DNA of 64,000 nucleotides, taken from the NCBI RefSeq assembly GCF_009914755.1, contig NC_060947.1, one strand, 5' to 3'. Source of the stretch: the human T2T-CHM13v2.0 reference genome, Homo sapiens. Shown in pieces: positions 13,860-27,304 of this stretch. The notes under the pieces were generated by a model. The model was not told the DNA's origin. It did no database searches and saw only the letters and a list, made by a program, of their open reading frames with translations. The number at the start of each line of letters is the position of its first letter. Positions within the stretch are counted from its first letter, which is position 1. The position numbers were made by a program, and so were the translations under genes.

Positions 13860-14369
13860 TGCCAAGACCAGCTTGGTCGTGGAGACCCTAACGAAGCAGT
13901 GCTAGAGGAATTAAAGACACACACACAGAAATATAGAGTGTGGAGTGGGAAATCAGGGGTCTCACAGCCTTCAGAGCTGAGAGCCCTGAACAGAGATTCA
14001 CCCACGTATTTATTGACAGCAAGCCAGTGATAAACATTGTTTCTATAGATTATAGATTAACTAAAAGTGTTCCTTACAGGAAACAAAGGGATGGGCTGAA
14101 ATAAAGGGATGTGTCTTGCTAGTTATCTGCAGCAGGAGCATGTCCTTATGGCACATATCACTTATGCTATTGTTTGTGGTTTAAGAACGCCTGAAGCCAT
14201 TTTCCTCCCTGGGTGGGCCAGGTGTTCCTTGTCCTCATTCCGGTAAACCCACAACCTTCCAGCATGGGGGTCGTGGCCATCACAAACATGTCACACGTGC
14301 TGCAGAGATTTTGTTTATGGCCAGTTTTGGAGCCAGTTTATGGCCAGATTTGGGGGTCTGTTTCCAACA
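13860..14369 (-). mobile_element. MER9 solo LTR (HERV-K HML-3)
   Basis: Runs tgccaagaccagcttggtcgtggagaccctaac to tttccaaca. Perfect 6-bp TSD gattag (13854-13859 / 14370-14375), typical of betaretrovirus-like integration. Confidence 0.92.
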
Positions 14370-15294
14370 GATTAGTTGATTTAAACCTTTCAGATGATTT
14401 TATACATGGCACTTAGGCCTCCAGATGAACTGTTGCCAAGATCCCTGCAACTATTACAAAAGTTACAGGTGGTCCAGCTTAAATATTTGTTCTCTTGCCT
14501 CTTCCCTTTCCGAACTCCCTGTCACACTTGGTTACTTAAACATAGGAACAATGCTGCCCCTTGGTTTGGAAATGGCCTCTTCAGCTTGATGCCATAGCCC
14601 CTCTTTCTGTAGGGCTTGGAGCAATGGACCTCATCCCTGGGCAAGGCTAAAGTATAACCACCAACTATATAACCACCAACCATCCTGCCTCTCTACCTAT
14701 GCTCAACTGCATCCACTCCCCCACACATCTTGCTTTCTTCCTATATTTTGTGCACAAATCCTCTTATTCACGACCACTTACTCATGCAAATAGCCACCTG
14801 GAGGCTAACTGCCATCAGCTGGTTCAGGCACAACTTTGTGGAGCCCCTTTCTGATCAGCATAATTCTTAAGAATGCTTTGCTTCTCTAACCATGCTTAGG
14901 TCTCTGGCCATGCTTAGGCCTGAACTTTCAATGTCCTGTTTGATCTTTCTCCCCTGTTACATGAAGACTGAGATGGGGTACAAAACAGGTTGTTTTTATA
15001 GTTTAGTTTTTCATAGAGCCGTGACCAAGGAAACTGCAAAGAAGCTGGAAACCTATCAGAAAGTGCCTCCTCGCATCTAGACATTCTAATCTCTTCATTA
15101 GAAAAAAAAAACAGTTATATTGCTAACTTTGGAGAAATATTAATGGGGAATTTTCAGAGTGAAAATATATTTGCCCACTCTGAAAAAAAAAAAAAGTAAA
15201 GGGGTGGGAGGTATATCAGCTACCATGCCACAATTATCTGGGTAAGGGAATCAATCCAAATGAAGCATTTGCCATAAGCATTAGAAAGAAATAT

Positions 15295-16745
15295 AATCAG
15301 ATCTGTCACCTGTAGGAGTCTGAACAGTGCTTCATACAGCATCCCAGTTTGCCACAGCCACTGCCAGAGCCATTGGGTCTGCTGGGCCTTATCGACCAAG
15401 CATCATAGCAGCTTGTATGATAGCCTGCTCCTGTTGCAGAGCCTTTTCTTGTTCTGGGCCTCCACTCAAAACTGGCAGCCTTTTAGGTTACTCGGTAAAT
15501 GGATATGCTGTGCAAATGTGTAAAAAGTGTATGCTTTACATTCCCAAATAAGGCACAGGATAACTTCAGAATAAAAAGCCCACTAGTTATTGTGCATGGT
15601 AGTAGGAGCCAAATGCAGCAAACTGTTCTTTCCCTTAAAAGGGATATTTCAATGTATTCTACACCTCTGAACCTGTAGAAAATTCACCAAGGAGGCCATT
15701 CCCTGAATTCTTGGGTTCATTTTTCACCCTCTGGCATGTGTGCATTTACCAAGGTGTGTAATAAGCATGATATCAATGTAATGGGACATCATGTTGTCCT
15801 GTGGAATGAAAAGGTGATCAAGATCCCTGAGGACTAGATTTTGACATAAGGCTGGAAAGTTGATATAGCCCTGAGGTAGGACAGTGAAGGTAATTTCCTG
15901 GCCCTGTCAGCTGAAATCAAACTATTTCATATGGACTTTACTTCCAAATATAGAGGGGGGAAAAAGCTTTATATCAGGTACCTGGTGATGTGGGTTTTTT
16001 TTCCTGCAAAAATCACACCTTAAATAGCATGTATATTTGGATTAGTCACCTGATTACTTTAAAAATAATCAATTATTCTTGAAATCCATCTCTCTCCTGA
16101 ACAGCCAAATAGGAAAGTTGAATGTGATTGCAGAGAGAAATCTCCACTCTGAATATCTCAAGTCCTTGATAGTGGCGTTAATCTCTGAAATTCCTCCAGG
16201 AATACATTATTGCTTATGGTTTATATATTGGTAGATAGAAGCAGTTTTAGTGGCTTCCACTTGTCCTTGTCTATCATAATAACCTGTATTCTACGAGTCA
16301 GCAAACCAATGTGGGCATTCTTTCAGTTTTTGAGTATGTCTATTGCACTTACGCATTTTATAATGGAGGCAATGCAGGGAAGCAGGAGATGTGTCGCTAA
16401 CCTGAGTTAAACTCCACAGTGGCATTTTGGATCTCTAGGAATTGGGGCTACATTACTGTCAGTTTCTAGTAATCCTTGAAAAGTCTAATTATTTCCATCC
16501 TTCCCCAGTGCACAGTCAACTTGGCAAATGGATAAAAATTGCTTTATAGAAGGCCAGGAAGATTTACAATATTTATTTTGGGTAGGTAGCAGAGTCTTTT
16601 TTCAAGGGAATCTGGCCTCCTCTTAGTTCATGGGGCTTTGGGTGAATTGTCTCATGTATGGGAATTGATGAGAGGATATGACTCTTAGTGATTCAAGTCA
16701 GACATCCAATCAGTAGACCTGGTGTTATTTAATTTATGAAGATGA
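15295..16745 (-). mobile_element. Decayed ERVL gag-end/protease/reverse transcriptase remnant
   Basis: Minus strand translates to [20 protein letters not shown]...HYIDIML (RT YxDD region, about 15770-15895) and KAASFEW/PEQEKALQQ (about 15430-15485). Truncated by the MER4 LTR at 16746. Confidence 0.85.
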
Positions 16746-17699
16746 TGTCGACGAAAAAGTCAAACTCTGTGAAATATTTGAAGAGTGAGTGACCATGGCC
16801 CATGACACAGCCCTCAGGATGTCCTGAAAACATGTGCCCAAGGTGGTCAGAGTGCAGCTTGGTTTTATACATTTTAGGGAGATGTGAGACTTCAATCAAA
16901 TACATTTAAGAAATATATTGGTGTGGATAAGAAAGGCGGGAAAACTGGAAGCAGGGGCTTCCAGGCTATATGTAGATTTAAAAATTTTCTGGTTGACAAT
17001 TGGTTGAGTTTATCTAAAGACCTGGGATCAAAAGAAAGGGAATGTCTGGGTTAAGAAAAAGGATTGTGGAGACCAAAGTTCTTATTTGCAGAGGAAGCCT
17101 TCAGGTACTAGGCTCCAGAGAGAACACGTTGTAAACTGTTTCTTTCCAGACTTAAAGTCTGTGTTGATATTAATGCTGGAGAGGTATGTCCAACCATCAC
17201 TTCCCATCATGGCCTGAACTAGTGTTTAAGGATAAATTCTAAGAGTGCCCTGGCCAAGGAGGAAGTCCATTCAGATGGTTGGGGGGGAACTTAGAATTTT
17301 ATTTTGGTTTATATTCTCCCTGTTCTGGCCAAGATTTGCCAGAGGCAACATCAAAGGCCAGCAAATCTTTATTTTATCCCATAGCATTGCCAGGTTGGTA
17401 TGGCTGCCTGACCCCCATCCATCCTGTCCCTTGATGGGACTCCCTATGGCCGAGGGACTTAGTAGTCAAAAGACTTATAGCCAATTAATTGTTCTACATC
17501 AGATAGGAATGGATGTGGACAGGCATCCATTATCTCTGAAAATTATTATTATTTTAAATAAAAAGCCAACAAAAAACAAAAGGCAAAGTTATAAAACTGA
17601 CAGATTTTTAACTTTTATGTGTTGAGCTACTGTAAACTTGGTTATAGTTCCAAACTTATATCAATTAGCCATACAAAACATAAGCATTGTTTAAAAATT

Positions 17700-17780
17700 T
17701 TACATATATAATTTTTTTACATATATAATTTTAATTACTTATATAATTGCATATATATGCATTATATATATATATATATA
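17700..17780. repeat. (TA)n-rich low-complexity tract
   Basis: Direct inspection. Confidence 0.85.
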
Positions 17781-20700
17781 AAATCTTTGCAACTTATAAC
17801 TGGGAGTATTATATTATACCCAGGAGGCTTTGTCACAAAGTATCCTGTCAGTAAATATTTTCTTTTAATTCTATTGGGGGCAGAAAATTCTCTGTAGTTG
17901 AGGTGGATGCAAAATTGACAAATAATAGCTTAGAAGCTTGTTTGGCCAGCTGTTTAGGCATCTTTGTTTCCTTCCTTGATTTGGAGAGTCTGACTTTGAC
18001 CTAATTCTATTCCTTAAAACTGGCCCTTACAATCTCACATGCCCACCTTTCCTGTGACAGTCCCTGAGCCTAGAGGAGGGTACTTGTATAGTTTTAGCAG
18101 CAGGGCATTTGCAGTGAAAAACAGATTGGGGGCCCATTGGGATGCCAAATGAGGGAGATTCATATCTCTGGTCTTCAGAATACCATGATTTGGGTTTCCT
18201 TGGAAGTAAAACAAGGAGAGATAAATAACATTTATATTTTGACAATCAAAAGAGTATTTGTGTGTTAGAACAGAAAAAGGAACCTATTCTGTTAGGGCAC
18301 CAACTAAAAATATGAAGAAAATTTATAATCTGGTATCTCTAGAGGATTATTATAGCCAAGAAATAATGATTCAATCTGCACTCAAAAAAAGGGCTGAAAT
18401 ATAGTATTAAGTGTTACACTTTGCCTTTGAAACAATTTATCTTTCTCTAGCCATCCTTTTCTATTAAAGAGAAATTATAGTAAGACCAATTTGTGTGCAA
18501 AATAAGTTTCAGGCTTATTATACTTGGCCTAATTATTTGCATAAAATGCAGCAAGAAATGAATGGTCATATAGGCTCCTTTTAAGTTGGCTTTGCTAGAA
18601 CTTTACCTAAAAATTTACTATTTTAGTTAAAGTTTTGATAAAATAACCAGTGTCTCCAATTGTTCTGTTTTAAAAAGACTCTTATTGAACTTATGCAAAT
18701 AACTATATTGTCATAAAATCACAATCCAGATTTTGAAGAACTCAGAGAGGTAAATTTGCTTACAAAAAACATACTTCATCCATGTAACTCAAAATAAAAA
18801 GATTTTCTTGTTCCTTCTTTAACTAGAGCAGCAGCTTTCAAACAAATATTTGTTCACCTTGGAAATGCCATTCATAAGCCAAACAGTTCCTGAGAGCTGT
18901 CTATCTGTAGAATCTATCAGCTCCTCATATAGTTAGAATTTGTCCTAAGGACAAAAAGAGGCTCTCTGCTTATAAGTATCTCCTCCTTGTATCCTCAGGT
19001 AGCAAGATCCTATGTAAACCAGTTTTATTTTATCGTGGAACTCCTTTGGGCATCATTATTTCTATTAGCATAGGGGTAGTTTTAGCTAACATTCCACAGT
19101 AAAGCAGTAAATGCCCCTCAGGTGGAAATTCTCTAGTCCAGTAGTTGTCATTGGGAAGTATTTACAGTCTTTTGTCATCAGCACCAATAAATGCTCCACA
19201 AAGGGCTATGAAGTTCAGGATTTGTCCTGACTAACATGCCAGCTTCTACCCTGTACTCTGTAGGCTCAGGCAATTTTACTAGTTCCCATTTAGTATGTCC
19301 AATTAACATTTCTCAAAAGAGATTTCCTGCCTTCAGTTTTATAGTACTAGATAGGGGAAACATCCTCAAGTTAGACACAATACCCATTTTTATAATACAT
19401 TTAGGTAAAAGGGTTGCAACTATCATAAAGCCTGTTTAAACATCTTAAATTTTATAATTCTATTAACCTGTATATTTTTATGTTCTACCCTTGGACCACT
19501 TTACCTTTCCTGGTGAAAAAGGGTTTGGGTTCCCAGCAGAGAGTTGCATCTGTAAGACCCATGAGGGATAGCAAATTTGATAAGGCTTCTCAAACAGTCG
19601 TATGATTTTGTGGGAGGGGCATCCCTGTAAAAGGGGCCCCCTTAGCACCCAAATTTACCATGACCTAGGTAATAGGCATATTCTGTGGGATGATATCCTA
19701 GTCATCATAAAGCCAGTCCCACATAGCTCATGCATGAAGCATATTAACTGCTTCATCTTGCGGTACTCCACTTGGTATTTTATAGGGAGAGCTGGGTAGT
19801 CCCCTTCACAGAGCAAACAGTGATGTTTATCTGGTCCACTAGGCTGATTGTTCTCTCAGGAATAACCTCCTGTGCCTTTGGATTACATATACTCATCAGT
19901 AATTGTTCAATACTGAGTTATGGGTCCTGCATCAACCCAAACAAGCTCTTACGTTTTGTAGCATTTAAAATTGAGGATTTTGTCTAAAGTGGTTATTTTT
20001 ACAATCCGCTATAGTAAAGATTTTTTAGGAAGCTGATGATATCAATCTACAAAATGGAACAATTCATTTACATTATGCCCTCTAGTTTTAATAGTTACTT
20101 GGTTTTGCCCTTCCCCTACATTGACTATCTTCTTAGTAGCCACAGGTCTTAGAGTTAACTTTTGTTGCCCTGGCCTGATGTTTTTATTTTTTTTAAACTA
20201 TTTAGTTTTATTTGTATAATTTTTTCTTCATTTTAAAGCGACTCTTAAATTGTTTCCTAACTAGAAAAAAAGCATTTTCTGTTTTTTAAGCAAAATTGAC
20301 ATCCTTGTGTTTTATAAACTTTGCCAAAAGCATATTTTATTCACCTACTATTTTAACTCTTAGGAACCCAAATTCCCAGTGGAAAAAACCGAGGTTTTAA
20401 CATAACACAATTTTATTATTTTAAACTACTGAAGAGAATTTTGAGATTAAATTTACCAAATTAATTTTCCCAAAGATTACTAACGTTATGTGAATTAAAA
20501 GGCATCTGAGATAGTTTCTACCAATCTAATAAGCACTTAGTTTTTTTAAATCAATTGATTAGCTCTTTCATGTCATTTGGTAGTGAAATATCACTTCCAC
20601 ATGACACGTATAAAGATAAAGATATAACAGGCATGCAGAATAAAAAGGGCAGGTCCAAAAGAGATTTCACTTGCCTGTTTTTTTTTTGAAAATCCATCTC

Positions 20701-22271
20701 TTACTTTAGATAATTTATAAAAGTTACGGGAGCCAACAAAAGGTGATGGAGAGAGCTATCATCCAATGCCTTTTCAAAAGAGAAAGAGTTAAACTTTTTA
20801 GATATTGATCTGAAGAATTTCAAGGAGACAGATCATATTTAAAAATTAAAAACTTCTTGCATTAAGAATAAGTCAATCTTTTAATAAAATCTTGTTTTTA
20901 CAAATTAGGCTTGTATTAGTGTATTTTTTAAATATCAAACACCCATATCTAGAAAGACTATTATAATTTCTTCTTAGTCATAGCCAACTGAATTATACAA
21001 CCCTTTTTTCTTAAAAAAATTCTTTATACTAACCTTATTACTACTTACATAGATTATTCACAACAAGCTTGGACTATCTGTTTTGTACTAAATATTCCTC
21101 TTTCCTGATCAACCAGTTATCTTAGTTTAGGATAAACATTTACCATGTAAGATTCTTTCTTATATAAAATTACCTTCCTTTTTAACTTCTTTACCAAAAA
21201 TACCTATTTATATTCATAACTTTCTTTACATCTTTCCTTTTACTTTGTTTTATATATAACCTTTAAATATGTTCTGAATTAGACAAAGATATTTGCCTTT
21301 TAATAAGAACATTTAAAAAACATTTTCCTATAATTTTTAAATTGTAAATGACTCATACTTAATACCTATTAATACTCTTAGATCCTAAATTATGACAAGT
21401 TTACAAGCATTTATTCCATTATATTTATCTGATTAATTTAATAATAGTTTGCCTAGATTATTCACGAAAACTGTGGTAGTCATTATTTAAAGTTGTTTCC
21501 CTGCTAGCCATTTTTATAGCTGTGAATTTCAGGTGTTTTCTTAAGTAAGAAACTTAAGGTTAAAAATAAGGGCATTTTTACCAATAACTCAGTATTTAGC
21601 TATTTTCATTAAGCCAACAATATCTCATGTCTTATTTATCCAAAATTACAGATGCAAAGATCATTCTGTCTTGGGATGGGTTTTATAGTTCTATAACCCT
21701 TATGGCAAATCTTACAGTATTCTGCATGAATAAGCATGAAACCACTTGATCAACAAATGCAATCAAAAATTCTAGTAATTCTTAAGACATTTCTAATATT
21801 ATTTTACAAATAATTTCCAAGACTATTTACTAAAGATTTTACTTAACTCATGCGAACTTGAAAAATCATTTGACTAGTCTTTTATTTCTGATAAAGTATT
21901 TTATTTAAGCACTTTTACTTTTCTTTAAGCCACTTAATTAGAGCTCTTTTATATATTTTTAGTAGTGAAAGATTATGTACACAACACATAAATATAGACA
22001 TTTATTAGGCATGCTAATAGAAGTACATCTTACAGATTCGTAAGACCACTTTTTTTCCTCTTACACTTTCAAATTGTTGATAACCTGTTTCATTACCCTG
22101 GGCAGTTGTCAGCTAAATAGCCATAAATTTGCATATTAAAGGAATCAACTGATAGCAAAATCTACATCTTAAAGTACATAGAGAAAGCTTAATGTACTAG
22201 AGGAAAATTAAAACTGATATAATTGCCAATTAAATATAAAACTTTAGAAATCTATCATAAACGCCTGTTAA

Positions 22272-22272
<1 letters not shown>

Positions 22273-22319
<47 letters not shown>

Positions 22320-22338
22320 AGAGAGAGAGAGAGAGAGA
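22273..22338. repeat. (CA)n(GA)n compound microsatellite
   Basis: Direct inspection. Confidence 0.95.
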
Positions 22339-23214
22339 TCCCACAGCTTTTACTTCAGAACTGTAGCTATGAGATATTAATACAAATTTACTGGCTTGCA
22401 AAAAACATAGTTGGATCCAAACAGTGGTTTTTATTGTAGTACAAAAGTAATAGCAGATTCAAAGCAGGCAGAAAAGAAAATAGAGAAAAAGAAAACTTAA
22501 GAACTCTATAGTTTGCAGGTCGACCTTACAGCTCTTTTTCCTTGATGTAAATGTGCACAAAAAGACTATAATATTTCCATTTTACACAAATACTGGCCAA
22601 GTAGAGGTGCCAGAAATCCAACAGAGTGCCTGAAAGGGGGCCATTCTCCTTGTTTTCTCCTCATTCTTAGATTATTTGTTTCCTACTTTTTTTTCTTAAA
22701 CAGATGAACTGAGCTGTGGCCTAGGGTTTTGTGGAGTGGGTTGAAGTGTGCTGCTAGTGGGAAGACTCCACAGTGTGTCACCACTGAGTTGTTGCCACAT
22801 TCTGTTACATGTCTCAGTTTCCCCCTCCAGAGACCTAGCACTTTCAGGAGGACTTAAAGCATGGAGTGACCAGCTCCCATATGCACTTCCTGGACAAGCC
22901 TTTTTTAAACTAATTTTGTTGGGGTTTCCCTGTGGGGCCACTGCACGTGATGGGAGGGGCCACCCCCCAGACACTCCCACAAGGCCCCCAGTCACCCATA
23001 GTGCCTTTCAGCTGGAAGGAATAAAATGCCCTTTCTCTTCAGAGCTGAGGAAACTCATTCTCTCATTTACCTATGAAAACAACAGTTCTGTTCCTCATAC
23101 ATGTACACAGGCAAGCCAAATCGAGATTAATTTGGGAAGAAAAGCAATGGAGAAGACCCATTAGAAATCATCTCCAAACTAGAAGTAGGATCCTTAAAAA
23201 CAACTTCCTAGGGG

Positions 23215-23657
23215 TGTGAACCCCAAGTATCTGAGACAGGTCTCAGTTTAGGAAGTTTATTTTGTCAAAATTAAGAACTCACACCTGTGACACAGCCTCA
23301 GGCAGTCCTCACAACATGTGTCCAAGGTGGTTGGGGAGCAGCTTGGTTTTATACATATTAGGGAGATAAGAGACAAATTGTTGCATTCTTTTGAGTTTCT
23401 GATTAGCCTTTCCAAAGGAAGTGATTAGATATGCATTAATCTCAGTGAGCAGAGGGATGACTTTTGAGTTCTGTGTGTCCTTTGTCCACAAGGAAATTCC
23501 TTGTGATGGAGGTTATGTAGCTTTTTATTTTAAATCTTAGTAGCTATGTTTTTTTTAGGAATAGAATGGGAGGCAGTTTTGCCCTAAGCAGTTCCCAGCT
23601 TGACTTTTCCCTTTGGCTTAGTAATTTTGGGGTTCCAACATTTATTTTCCTTTCACA
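23215..23657 (-). mobile_element. MER4A-like solo LTR nested in the MER4 internal region
   Basis: Runs tgtgaaccccaagtatctgagacaggtctc to tttattttcctttcaca; TSD not evident. Confidence 0.8.
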
Positions 23658-24163
23658 AGATAAAAAAATAGCTTAGGGACCATCAACCAAAATCAGGGAC
23701 CATTAACCAAAGGGAGGTCCAGGCTAGGGAGGACTTAACAGTTCTACCAGAGGAGAAGCTCCAAGTTGGGAAGGTTTCAATGGGCCCCTGATGGCACCTT
23801 AGCTTCAAGTTTGGGGAACTCTTTTGGGGTTTTGAGTCTTTTTGGAGGCCCCAAGCATTTGGATGCCAAATTACTGCCAACAAAGAGTCAAACTATGTAA
23901 AATATTTGAAGAGATTTATTCTGAGCCAAATATGAGTAACCATGGCCTGTAACAGGGCCCTCAGGAGGTCCTGAGAACGTGTGCCCAAAGTGGTTGGGGT
24001 GCAGCTTGGTTTTATACATTTTAGGGAAACATGAGATTTCAATTAAGTACATTTAAGAAATGCATTGGTGTGGTTCAGAAAGGTGGGACAACTGGAAGTG
24101 GGGACTTCCAGGCTATAGGTAGATTTAAACATTTTCTGGTTGACAATTAGTTGAGTTTATCTA

Positions 24164-24407
<244 letters not shown>

Positions 24408-24980
24408 ATATGATTCTATTAAATCACATTTGATATTTGTGTTTACTACTCATTTGCATTCTTACATAATTTTGTTTGTAATATTTTAGCTTCTTACAAA
24501 GGTATGTCTTAATATACCAAAATGATTGTGTCAATTTTTATAGTTTTATCACTCATTCATTGTCTTGTATGTGCAAAAACTTTGATTTTAAGTTCATCTA
24601 ACATTGTATTTTGCCTTCTTTTGGTTTATTACTTTCAACATTTGATAAGCTATTCTAAAATTCATCTGGTGAAGTATAGGTACATCAGCAACCAAGAATC
24701 AGAATTTTAAAGGCATATTAAGAATGTAGTCTTTATTACAATAAAAGAATTTGCTAAATCTTAATTTCAGAAAATATTTCTCTACGGGACCTTTGCTTTT
24801 CCAAAGGCTATAGCTCACAAGAAGTGTCAAAGTAATAGCAAGAAGTTTCAGACATTGGGGTAAAGAAGAGAAAAAAGGAACTGCTACACTATAGTCATGG
24901 TTATATTGGGGTATTGGTACTAAAGTTAAATGCTATTATTTTGGGGTAATTCATTACCAGAATTTTTCCCTCCATATTTA

Positions 24981-26966
24981 TTTTTTTACTTTTTTATTAT
25001 TATACTTTATATTCTAGGGTACATGTGCACAACGTGCAGGTTTGTTACATAGGTATTCATGTGCCATGTTGGTTTGCTGCACCCATCAACTCGTCATTTA
25101 CATTAGGTATTTCTCCTAATGCTATGCCTCCCCCAGCCACCCACTCCCGCCGACCAGCCCTGGAGTGTGATGTTCCCCGCCCTGTGTCCATGTGTTCTCA
25201 TTGTTCAACTCCCACCTATGAGTGAGAACATGTGGTGTTTGGTTTTCTGTCCATGTGATAGTTTGCTTAGAATTTCCAGCTTCATCCATGTCCCTGCAAA
25301 GGACATGAACTCAACCTTTTGTATGGCTGCATAGTATTCCATGGTGTATATGTGCCACATTTTCTTAATCCAGTCTATCATTGATGGACATTTGGGTTGG
25401 TTCCAAGTCTTTGCTATTGTGAATAGTGCCACAATAAACATACGTGTTCATGTGTCTTTATTGTAGAATGATTTATAATCCTTTGGGTATATACCCAGTA
25501 ATGGGATGGCTGGGTCAAATGATATTTCTGCTTCTAGATCCTTGAGGAATTGCCACACTGTCTTCCACAATGGTTGAACCAATTTACACTCCCACCAACA
25601 GTGTAAAAGTGTTCCTATTTCTCCACATCCTCTCCGGCATCTGTTGTTTCCTGACTTTTTAATGATCGCCATTCTACCTGGCATGAGGTGCTATCTCATT
25701 GTGGTTTTGATGTGCGTTTCTCTGATGACCAGTGATGATGAGCATTTTTGCATATGTCTGTTGACTGCATAAATGTCTTTTTTTGAGAAGTGTCTGTTCA
25801 TATCCTTTGCCCACTTTTTGATGGGGTTGTTTGTTTTTTCTTGTAAATTTGTGTATTTCTTTGTAGATTCTGGATATTAGCCCTTTGTCAGATCAGTAGA
25901 TTGCAAAACTTTTCTCCCATTCTGTAGGTTGCCTGTTCACTCTGATGATAGTTTCTTTTGCTGTACAGAAGCTCTTTAGTTTAATTAGATCCCATTTGTC
26001 TATTTTGGCTTTTGTTGCCATTGCTTTTGGTGTTTAGTCATGAAGTTCTTGCCCATGCCTATGTCCTGAATGGTACTGCCTAGGTTTTCTTCTAGGGTTT
26101 TCATGTTGTTAGGTCTTACATTTAAGTCTTTAATCCATCTTGAGTTAATTTTTGTATACAGTGTAAGGAAGGGATCCAGTTTCAGTTTTCTACATCTGGC
26201 TAGCCAGTTTTCTCAGCACCATTTATTAAATAGGGAATCCTTTCCCCATTGTTTGTTTTTGTCTTGTTTGTCAAAGATCATATGTTTGTAGATGTGTGGT
26301 GTTATTTCTGAGGCCTCTGTTCTGTTCCATTGGTCTATATATCTGTTTTGGTACCAGTACCATGCTGTTTTGGTTACTATAGCCTTGTAGTATAATTTGA
26401 AGTCAGGTAGCATGATGCCTCCAGCTTTGTTCTTTTTGCTTAGGATTGTCTTGGCCATGTGGGCTCTTTTTTGATTCCATATGAACTTTAAAGTAGTTTT
26501 TTCCAATCTGTGAAGAAAGTCATTGGTAGCTTGGTGGGGATAGCATTGAATCTATAAATTACTTTTGGGCAGTATGGCCATTTTCATAATATTGATTCTT
26601 CCTATCCATGAGCATAGAATGCCCACTGAACCGTGCACGGGAGGGTATCTCCTGGTCTGCTGGTTGCTAAGACTGTGGGAATAGTGCAGTATTTGGTCAG
26701 GAGTGTACCATTTCTCCACATACAATATATCACGGCTTCCCTTGGCTAGGAAAGGGAAATCCCCCGACCCCTTGTGCTTCCCGGGTGAGGCAATGCCCCA
26801 CCCTGCTTCAGCTCACCCTCTGTGGGCTGCACCCACTGTCCAACCAGCCCCAATGAGATGAACCAGGTACTTCAGTTGGAAATGCAGAAATCACCCATCT
26901 CCTGCATCAATCTCGCTGAGAGCTGTAGACCAGAGCTGTTCCTATTCAGCCACCTTGGAAGCGACC
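24981..26966 (-). mobile_element. L1PA7-like element, internally deleted: about 345 nt of 5' UTR (26622-26966) fused to the ORF2 3' part, 3' UTR and poly-A (24981-26621)
   Basis: Minus strand starts ggtcgcttccaaggtggctgaataggaacagctc. ORF2 pieces [18 protein letters not shown] and [17 protein letters not shown]. Tail ttttattattatacttt on the + strand. Confidence 0.92.
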
Positions 26967-26975
26967 TCATTTAGG

Positions 26976-27132
26976 ATAATCACAGGGTCCTACAATAGGG
27001 TGTCTGCAGGCTGAGGAGCAAGGAGAGCCAGTCTGAGTCCCAAAACTGAAGCACTTGGAGCCCGATGTTCGAGGGCCGGAAGCATCCAGCAAGGAAGAAA
27101 GATGTAGGCTGGGAGGCTAGGCCAGTCTCTCC
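26976..27132 (-). mobile_element. Isolated MLT2A (ERVL) LTR fragment, about 155 nt
   Basis: Minus strand ggagagactggcctagcctcccagcctacatctttc...cctattgtaggaccctgtgattat matches the recalled MLT2A1/A2 consensus. Confidence 0.88.
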
Positions 27133-27304
27133 TGTATATTTTAAATCTACATGGGCATAAGGAATGAGGGATTTTACTTTCTAAGAATCTAGTAAGGCTT
27201 TTGATTGCGGAAATTCAGCCTAATTTTTTAATAGGCATGTCTTTTTTCAGCCAAAATGCAATAGCAGCAGAGTTACAAAGCATAAAGGAATGAGAATTTT
27301 TTTT

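Noticed and set aside
26615-26630. Canonical spliced L1 (SpIRE) junction
   Set aside because: The ORF2 landing point is not preceded by AG in the recalled consensus; microhomology explains it better.
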